From NCBI GenBank assembly GCA_963781585.1, contig CAWAGQ010000001.1:1-64000 (forward strand): DNA of 64,000 nucleotides, read 5' to 3'. The notes beneath the pieces are model-generated. The model made no database searches. It was not told the DNA's origin and was given only the letters and a program-made list of their open reading frames with translations. Source of the DNA: an uncultured Gemmatimonadaceae bacterium. Lineage in GTDB: Bacteria; Gemmatimonadota; Gemmatimonadetes; Gemmatimonadales; Gemmatimonadaceae. Numbering within the stretch: the stretch's first letter is position 1; every line of letters starts with the position of its first letter. Of this stretch, positions 58,150 to 64,000 are shown piece by piece. The position numbers and the translations under genes are program-made.

Positions 58150-60591
58150 TCATTTCGGCCGGCCACCCCTCGGCGAAGTGAACAGCGCGACATCAAGACC
58201 CACCCTCCGCAGCAGCGCCGCAAAACGCGGGTTACCGCGGACAGGATCGAGAATGGGATTCGCCGCGAACGGTGCGCTGGGCCAGAACTCGCCGGCATCG
58301 GTCGCGCGCTCGAACTCGTCGAGCGCACGCCCGGTGTCATTGAGCGCAAGCGCCACCTCCGCGAGCGACGAATGGCCGAAGGACCTCGACCGCGTCGCGG
58401 TCTGCACGTACTGCGCGACCTGCCTCAACATCTGGCTGTCGCCGATTGCCGCGTACAGCAACGCTGCGCCGGCCGGCCACGGCGCCGGCCGGGGGATGCC
58501 GTTGGGTCGCCACATGATCTCGGTGAGGGCGCGCGCGCGCTCCGTCTGGCCTCGATCGAGGGCAATCTGGGCTCCCATGTACGCGATCGGCACGCTCGTC
58601 GAGTCCAGCTCGAGCGCCCGCTCGATCTCGGTGAAGGCGTCAGAACGCCGCCCTACCAGTGACAGGAGCTCGGCGAGCCACCCACCGATCACCGGCGAAG
58701 TCGGGTCGAGGTCTTTCGCACGCACGAATTCGCCGACCGCGTCGCTCAGCCGCCCGACATAGGTCAGATATCGTCCATAGTGCATGTGGGTGAAGGCGTC
58801 GTTCGGGTCCAGCGTCAGCGCGAGCCGGAACTCCGAATCCGCCTCCGCCCACCGGAAGGCGTGCATCGACACCAGCGCCAGCGACGCCTCCGCTTGTGCG
58901 AGCGAGGGGTCGAGGTCGAGCGCCCGGCGCGCCGCCGTGGTCGCCCGCGCCGCGAGCTCCTGGTTGGTGGTGTCGGCGAAGTTCGGCAGAATGGTGAGCG
59001 CGGCGCTCAACGCCGAGTGGGCGCGCGCGAACCCGGGATCGCGCGCGATCGCCTGCTCGAAGAGCTGCGCGGCCCGGAGCACGCCGTTACCGCGGCTGCG
59101 CAGCAGGACCTGCCCTCGCAGGTACAGTTCGTACGCGGCGGTGTCCGAGGTGCCGCGCAGCAAGCCCGGTGCCGCCGCCAGCTCCGACGGCGCTCGGCCG
59201 AGCACATCCGGGGGCACGGCGCTCGTGATCCCACTCGTTATGCTGTCGAGGGTCGCCAGAATGTCCTCGGCACCGTGATCGAACGTGTCACTCCAGACGA
59301 CGCTGTCGTCGGCACTGCGAGTGAGCCACGCCTGCACCCGCACCCGGTCGCCAACGGGCCAGAAGGTGCCATGGACCAGATAACTCACCTGCAGCGCGCG
59401 GCCGGCCTCGCCGGCATTCACGTTCCGCTGTCCACGAAACCGCTCCACCGACGTTCGGCTCGCGAGCCGCAGGCCGCGCACTCGAGCCAGCGCGGTGGTT
59501 ACCTCGTCGGTGAGGCCGTCGGCCCAGAGGTCCTTCGATGTGTCGCCGCCGATGTTCACGAACGGCAGGACGCCAAGGGACGCCATCTGCAGGGCGCCGC
59601 CTTGCGGGCCGCGTGCCTGACGGATCAGGAGCCCCGCCGCGACGGCGACCGCGACGGCGGCAAGAACGACCGCACCGACCCGTTGGCGGCGCGAGAGGCG
59701 ATTGCGCAACCGGCTCAAGGCCGAGGACGACACGGTGACGCCGTCGAGCACGCGCAGGATCTCGCCGGCGCTCTGTGGACGTCGCTCCGCCTCTTTTTCC
59801 AGGCACTGCATGACGAGCCGCACCAGCACCGGCGGGCATTCGGGGCACCGCTCTCCCAGGGGAACGGACTGTTCGCCGAGGTGGGACGCGAGGATCTGGT
59901 GGGCGGCCCGATCGCCGAACGGGGTTCGGCCCGCCAGCACCTCGTAGGCGAGACACCCGAAGGAATACAGGTCAGCCCGGTGATCCATCTGCGGATCGGA
60001 CGTGATCTGCTCGGGCGACATGTAGGCCGGAGTGCCGAGGGCCATCCCTGCCTGCGTGTAGGTCGTCGACGCGTCGTGTGGCGATTCGTCGCCGTCGCGC
60101 GCGGCACTGATCGCCTTGGCGATCCCGAAATCGGTCACCATCGCGGTGCCGCCGGAGAGCAGCACGTTGCCCGGCTTGATGTCGCGATGCACCACGCCGC
60201 GGTCGTGTGCGTACGCCAGCGCGCGCGCCACGTCGCGCAGGATGCCGATCGCTTCGGTCAGCGGAATCCGGTCGCCCTGCGCGAGTCGCTCACGAAGGGA
60301 GAGGCCGTCCACCAGAGGCATCGTGTACAGCGGGACGCCCGCGGCCTCCCCGGCGGAGAGCACGGGGACGATGTTCGCCTGCTGGAGCGACGCGGCGAGC
60401 TTGATCTCGCGCTCGAACCGCTTGGCGGAGAGCCCGGCGGCGAGATCGGGCGACAGGACCTTGATGACGACCTGGCGCGCCAGGGTCGTGTCGCGGGCGA
60501 CGAATACGCGCGCCATACCCCCGCCGCCGAGCTCACGCTCGATCCGGTACTGTTCGCCGAGGGCCTCTTGCAGTTGCTGGAGAACTTCCAT
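58150..60591 (-). CDS. Ser/Thr kinase with TM, TolB_N-like and TPR domains
   Basis: LGGGGMARVF, VVIKVL, HRDIKPGN, DFG, GTPAYMSPEQ; LGVLPFVNIG...ADGLTDEV; TPRs; VRGNPRF. Confidence 0.94.
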   Translation of the reverse strand: MEVLQQLQEALGEQYRIERELGGGGMARVFVARDTTLARQVVIKVLSPDLAAGLSAKRFEREIKLAASLQQANIVPVLSAGEAAGVPLYTMPLVDGLSLRERLAQGDRIPLTEAIGILRDVARALAYAHDRGVVHRDIKPGNVLLSGGTAMVTDFGIAKAISAARDGDESPHDASTTYTQAGMALGTPAYMSPEQITSDPQMDHRADLYSFGCLAYEVLAGRTPFGDRAAHQILASHLGEQSVPLGERCPECPPVLVRLVMQCLEKEAERRPQSAGEILRVLDGVTVSSSALSRLRNRLSRRQRVGAVVLAAVAVAVAAGLLIRQARGPQGGALQMASLGVLPFVNIGGDTSKDLWADGLTDEVTTALARVRGLRLASRTSVERFRGQRNVNAGEAGRALQVSYLVHGTFWPVGDRVRVQAWLTRSADDSVVWSDTFDHGAEDILATLDSITSGITSAVPPDVLGRAPSELAAAPGLLRGTSDTAAYELYLRGQVLLRSRGNGVLRAAQLFEQAIARDPGFARAHSALSAALTILPNFADTTNQELAARATTAARRALDLDPSLAQAEASLALVSMHAFRWAEADSEFRLALTLDPNDAFTHMHYGRYLTYVGRLSDAVGEFVRAKDLDPTSPVIGGWLAELLSLVGRRSDAFTEIERALELDSTSVPIAYMGAQIALDRGQTERARALTEIMWRPNGIPRPAPWPAGAALLYAAIGDSQMLRQVAQYVQTATRSRSFGHSSLAEVALALNDTGRALDEFERATDAGEFWPSAPFAANPILDPVRGNPRFAALLRRVGLDVALFTSPRGGRPK

Positions 60592-60861
60592 CGGTGCTCC
60601 GGGGGCCACCAGAGGGAAGGAGCGTCATCCGCAACCTAGGACGATTCCTGCAGCGCGGCCAGACGTCAACCAGCACGATCCGCGTCCGGACCACGAGAGA
60701 AAGGGTTGCGTCCGCGGTGCATGGCAGCGACCATAGCAGAAACCACACCGGCTTCCGCCTCGTGTCCCGACGCCACCCTCGGCGCGCGGCGCTGCCTCTC
60801 CCGCTGTCGCCACGAGGCACGACACCAGGAAGCCGGATACCATGCGACCACGGAGGTCCCG

Positions 60862-61212
60862 ATGGCTTCACATGTCCTGATGTTCGGCTGGAACCGGGCG
60901 ATACCGGGCCGGGAGAGAATCAGTGCGGCGCACTTCGGCGAATTCGTCACCTACCTCGGTGCGCTGAAGCAGAAGGGGGTCATCGAGATGTTCCAACCGG
61001 TCTTCCTGGAAGCCCACGGGGGCGATCTGAACGGGTTCTTTCTGCTTTCGGGCGAGGGCAGCAAGCTCGATGCCCTGACTGCCACGACGGAGTGGATCAC
61101 GCACCTCACGCGCGCCGCACTGCACCTCGAAGGCGCAGGAGCCATTCGCGGCGTCACCGGTGATGAGATCGCGACGCGAATGGAGATGTGGACCCAGGCT
61201 ATTCCGGCCTAG
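60862..61212 (+). CDS. Hypothetical protein (116 aa)
   Basis: GGAGG RBS; coding-like composition; LMFGW...PGRE, LEAHGGDLNGFFLL. Confidence 0.75.
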   Translation: MASHVLMFGWNRAIPGRERISAAHFGEFVTYLGALKQKGVIEMFQPVFLEAHGGDLNGFFLLSGEGSKLDALTATTEWITHLTRAALHLEGAGAIRGVTGDEIATRMEMWTQAIPA

Positions 61213-61349
61213 CTCGCGACGGGTCTCGTGGCGGGGAGCCGAGAACTCCGGATTGCGAAGAAGCAGCTGCCGGCCGAGCTGACTGGCGAGAGCGGTCGTC
61301 AGCACGGAATGCTCCTCGCCGTGGTGTGTTGGCGGTCGGCTGCTGCATC

Positions 61350-61490
61350 TTGGAAAAGGGCGACACGTCCAGGGCCGCGTCGAACTACCAGAAGTTCATC
61401 GAGTTGTGGAAGGACGCCGACCCCGAGCTGCAGCCCAGGGTGCGCGAGGTGCGCGAGCGGCTCGCGCGGCTGCAGCGCGGAAAGGGGTAG
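61350..61490 (+). pseudogene. Orphan C-terminal TPR-tail fragment
   Basis: GDTSRAASNYQKFIELWKDADPELQPRVREVRERLARL with no upstream coding body. Confidence 0.6.
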
Positions 61491-61540
61491 GCGCGTGGGC
61501 GGTCGTGGGCGGTGATCACCCGATCGCCCGACCCCGACGC

Positions 61541-63274
61541 CTAACGACTATCGGGACGGGGTACCGCCCCTGTCGTGGTGCGCCGAAATACGTCGATGCG
61601 AGATGGTGGATCGACGATGGCTCGCGTCTCCGCCGCGCTGAATCCGGCCTTCGCGAGTGACGGCAGGAAAAACGGCAGCCGGTACGTCCCCGAGCTGTCC
61701 GCCGGCGTGATCGCTACCACGCTGACGAACCGCCCCGTCGTCAGGGCTTCGTCGAAGGCCCTCAACGCGTCGGCCGAATCCGCGCTCGAAGTCGGTCTGC
61801 CGAACGCGATCGACCGTGTGATCCCAGGTCGCTCGTATCGCGTAAGCGCGTCGACGAGGTCAGAGCGCACCGCGCCCGGCAGAGACCAGCGGGCCATGAC
61901 ACCGGCCAGCCGCCGCTCATGCGGCACGTCTACGATCTCGTTGATTGCCCCCGATTGCTCCGGCGACAGCAGCCTTTCGCGGCTCGCCAGGTACCAGTCG
62001 ATGCTCGGACCGGGGAATCGCCCGCCGGTCGTGGCGACGACCAACGTGGGCGCGCCCGCGCGTACCGCCGCCGCGATGATGACGAGCGACTCCGCCGCCC
62101 CCGCCGGCAACGCCTGTGTCGCGGCCTGACGGGCAATGGCGCGACCCTGCGCAACCACGATCGCGACGATCGACAACACCATCGCCGTGCGCGGGATGAT
62201 CGCGGCGCGACCCGATTTACCGCTGACCCAACGCCGCCAGCCCGCGGCGAGCACGCAACCCGCCAGCATGAACATCGCCGGAAGCAGCGGAAACAGGTGC
62301 CGCTCCACCTTCGTGTGGTGCACTTCACCAATGGCGAACTGGATCGCGATCACGAGCAGCAGCAGGCGCACATTCGGATCGCTTCGAAGCCGCCAGGCGC
62401 CGACTACGGCAGCAACCAGGAGCACGAAGACCGGGAAGGAGCCCGACAGGTGGACGAGGGCGCGCGGATAGTACAGGAGGCCCTCCGCGGTCCACGGCGA
62501 CGCCGTTCCGTAGCGCTGGTTGACCAGCATCGTCCAGGTCGCCCCCAGCTTGGGGAGGTATGCGAACCACACCGCGCTCGTCACGACCACCGGCACCAGC
62601 GCGTACCCATACTCCCGGCGGAACAGCCCCCGAAGGCGACCCCGGGCCTCGATGGCCGCGTCAACGGCGAACACGATCAGGAGCAGGATGCCATAGTTCG
62701 CCTTGAGAAAGTACGTGACCATGAGCATCGCGCCGAGGAGCCAGTACGCCGGCGGACGCGCGCCGCGTTGTCGCAGCGAAAATCGCACGTACAGCGTCGC
62801 GACGAAGGCGGCGAGCGCCGGGATTTCGAGCATGACGTTGGTGGCGAATCCCAGCAGCGGTGGTGAGGTGAGCGAGAGCACCGCTGCGATGAGCCCGCAC
62901 GCCTCGCCGTCCCGCGCCGCCACCGCGCGGCCGCCGCCCATCGCCCGCGCGGCGAGAAAGACCGCAACGACGAGAAGCACGAAGCCAACGAGACTCACCG
63001 AGCGCGCCGGCACCGTTCCCGGACCGACAGAGAGGAACGCGATCGCGGTCAGCCAGGAATGGAGGAACGGCCAGTACACCTGCTTGTAGCTGTCGAGCAG
63101 CACGGCCAGCCAGTCGCCGCTCCGGGCGTCGGAGGCGATCAACAGGCCGTGCAATGCGTGGGCGGACTGGTCCCAATCGAGTCCGCCGGCGGACTGGACC
63201 TGATACACGAAGAGCAGCCAGGCGGTGACCAGCGCGGCCAGCACAACACCCGGCAATGCGAGTCGTCGGCTCAC
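61541..63274 (-). CDS. Polytopic membrane GT-C type (GT39/PMT-like) glycosyltransferase
   Basis: LDWDQSAH after TM1, YWPFLHSW, VMLEIP, FLKANYG, ERHLFPLLP; many TMs. Confidence 0.7.
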   Translation of the reverse strand: MSRRLALPGVVLAALVTAWLLFVYQVQSAGGLDWDQSAHALHGLLIASDARSGDWLAVLLDSYKQVYWPFLHSWLTAIAFLSVGPGTVPARSVSLVGFVLLVVAVFLAARAMGGGRAVAARDGEACGLIAAVLSLTSPPLLGFATNVMLEIPALAAFVATLYVRFSLRQRGARPPAYWLLGAMLMVTYFLKANYGILLLIVFAVDAAIEARGRLRGLFRREYGYALVPVVVTSAVWFAYLPKLGATWTMLVNQRYGTASPWTAEGLLYYPRALVHLSGSFPVFVLLVAAVVGAWRLRSDPNVRLLLLVIAIQFAIGEVHHTKVERHLFPLLPAMFMLAGCVLAAGWRRWVSGKSGRAAIIPRTAMVLSIVAIVVAQGRAIARQAATQALPAGAAESLVIIAAAVRAGAPTLVVATTGGRFPGPSIDWYLASRERLLSPEQSGAINEIVDVPHERRLAGVMARWSLPGAVRSDLVDALTRYERPGITRSIAFGRPTSSADSADALRAFDEALTTGRFVSVVAITPADSSGTYRLPFFLPSLAKAGFSAAETRAIVDPPSRIDVFRRTTTGAVPRPDSR

Positions 63275-63324
63275 GGCGCGCTGCGGTCCAGCGGGTGGGG
63301 CGGACGGGGCGTAATTAGCACGGG

Positions 63325-63382
63325 GTTGAGAGTCCAGAGTTCAGCGTCCGGAGTGCGGAGGCCAGAGGGTGGAGTCCAGAAC
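63325..63382 (+). repeat. Degenerate heptamer array (GTCCAGA type)
   Basis: gttgaga gtccaga gttcagc gtccgga gtgcgga ggccaga gggtgga gtccaga. Confidence 0.6.
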
Positions 63383-63466
63383 CCATAACCTGCGTCGCAT
63401 GCGCATTGCTTGATTAGTGAGCTGCTGAGAACTGGCTGCTGTAAGCTGTCCACAGCTCGCGTTACT

Positions 63467-63527
63467 TGACCGCTGACCGCTGACCGCTATTGCTGACTGC
63501 TGACCGCTATTGCTGACCGCTGACCGC
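63467..63527 (+). repeat. Heptamer tandem array (TGACCGC type)
   Basis: tgaccgc tgaccgc tgaccgc tattgc tgactgc tgaccgc tattgc tgaccgc tgaccgc. Confidence 0.85.
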
Positions 63528-63563
63528 CGCAAGCCAAGGTCCTGACAACTGATGGAGCCCCGC

Positions 63564-64000
63564 ATGTATCGCACCAACGCCTGGTTCCGGAGTGCATCCT
63601 GCAGCATCCTTGCCACCGCAGGCCTTTTGCTTGCCGTCGCCCTGCCGCTCGGGGCGCAGGCCGCCGCCACGCCGCAGGGATGGAATCCAGACGCGATTCT
63701 CAAGGCCGAGACCTACGTCCGTCCCCCCGCGGTCGTGGAGCGCATCATCACCGCGCCGCGCACCGACATCTCGTTCACCAACCCGAGTCCTGATCGCAAG
63801 TGGTTTCTGCGCTCGGTCGGCCCCGATCGCGGGGACGTCAAGTACTATGGGAAAGGCCATATCTACCTCGCCGGGCTCCAGGTCGACACCGTGGCGAATC
63901 GCTCCCGCGCGCTCACCGATCACGGCGCCACGTCCTTGTTGCTGGTCGACCCGCGCACCGGTTCCACCAGGACGATCGCGGCGCCCCCGGGCGCACTGAT
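63564..64000 (+). CDS. N-terminus of a secreted protein, probably an S9 prolyl oligopeptidase family member; runs off the window and is absent from the ORF track
   Basis: MYRTNAWFRSASCSILATAGLLLAVALPLGAQ signal, then ETYVRPPAVVERIITAPR...PSPDRKWFL...LAGLQVD..ANRSR; GGAG RBS. Confidence 0.6.
   Translation, partial: MYRTNAWFRSASCSILATAGLLLAVALPLGAQAAATPQGWNPDAILKAETYVRPPAVVERIITAPRTDISFTNPSPDRKWFLRSVGPDRGDVKYYGKGHIYLAGLQVDTVANRSRALTDHGATSLLLVDPRTGSTRTIAAPPGAL

Overview
High-GC bacterial chromosomal segment. The gene repertoire (PadR + duplicated orphan ABC permease modules, Hanks-type Ser/Thr kinases with TPR or TolB-propeller tails, carboxypeptidase-regulatory/TonB-dependent outer-membrane proteins, S9 peptidases) suggests Gemmatimonadota or a similar lineage; this assignment is inference. 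About 42 CDS. These include four PadR-led modules carrying five ATPase-less permeases, a TBDR / ECF sigma / anti-sigma / PHP cluster, cydAB, glgX-treY, four kinases and two GT-C type glycosyltransferases. I found no rRNA, tRNA, CRISPR array, transposase or integrase. Main non-gene signals: (1) the octamer CGTTAGGC/GCCTAACG occurs at least 17 times, in both orientations and several reading frames, as if selected at the DNA level; (2) each PadR gene has its own N5-spaced inverted repeat on or next to a sigma70-type promoter; (3) both frameshifts (treY and one permease) can be read as one extra A after TCGA; (4) heptamer tandem arrays and a REP-like element lie between genes; (5) a TBDR carries a C-terminal LTXXQ-like helical extension; (6) an orphan TPR tail fragment and several small ORFs are missing from, or mis-started in, the ORF track.
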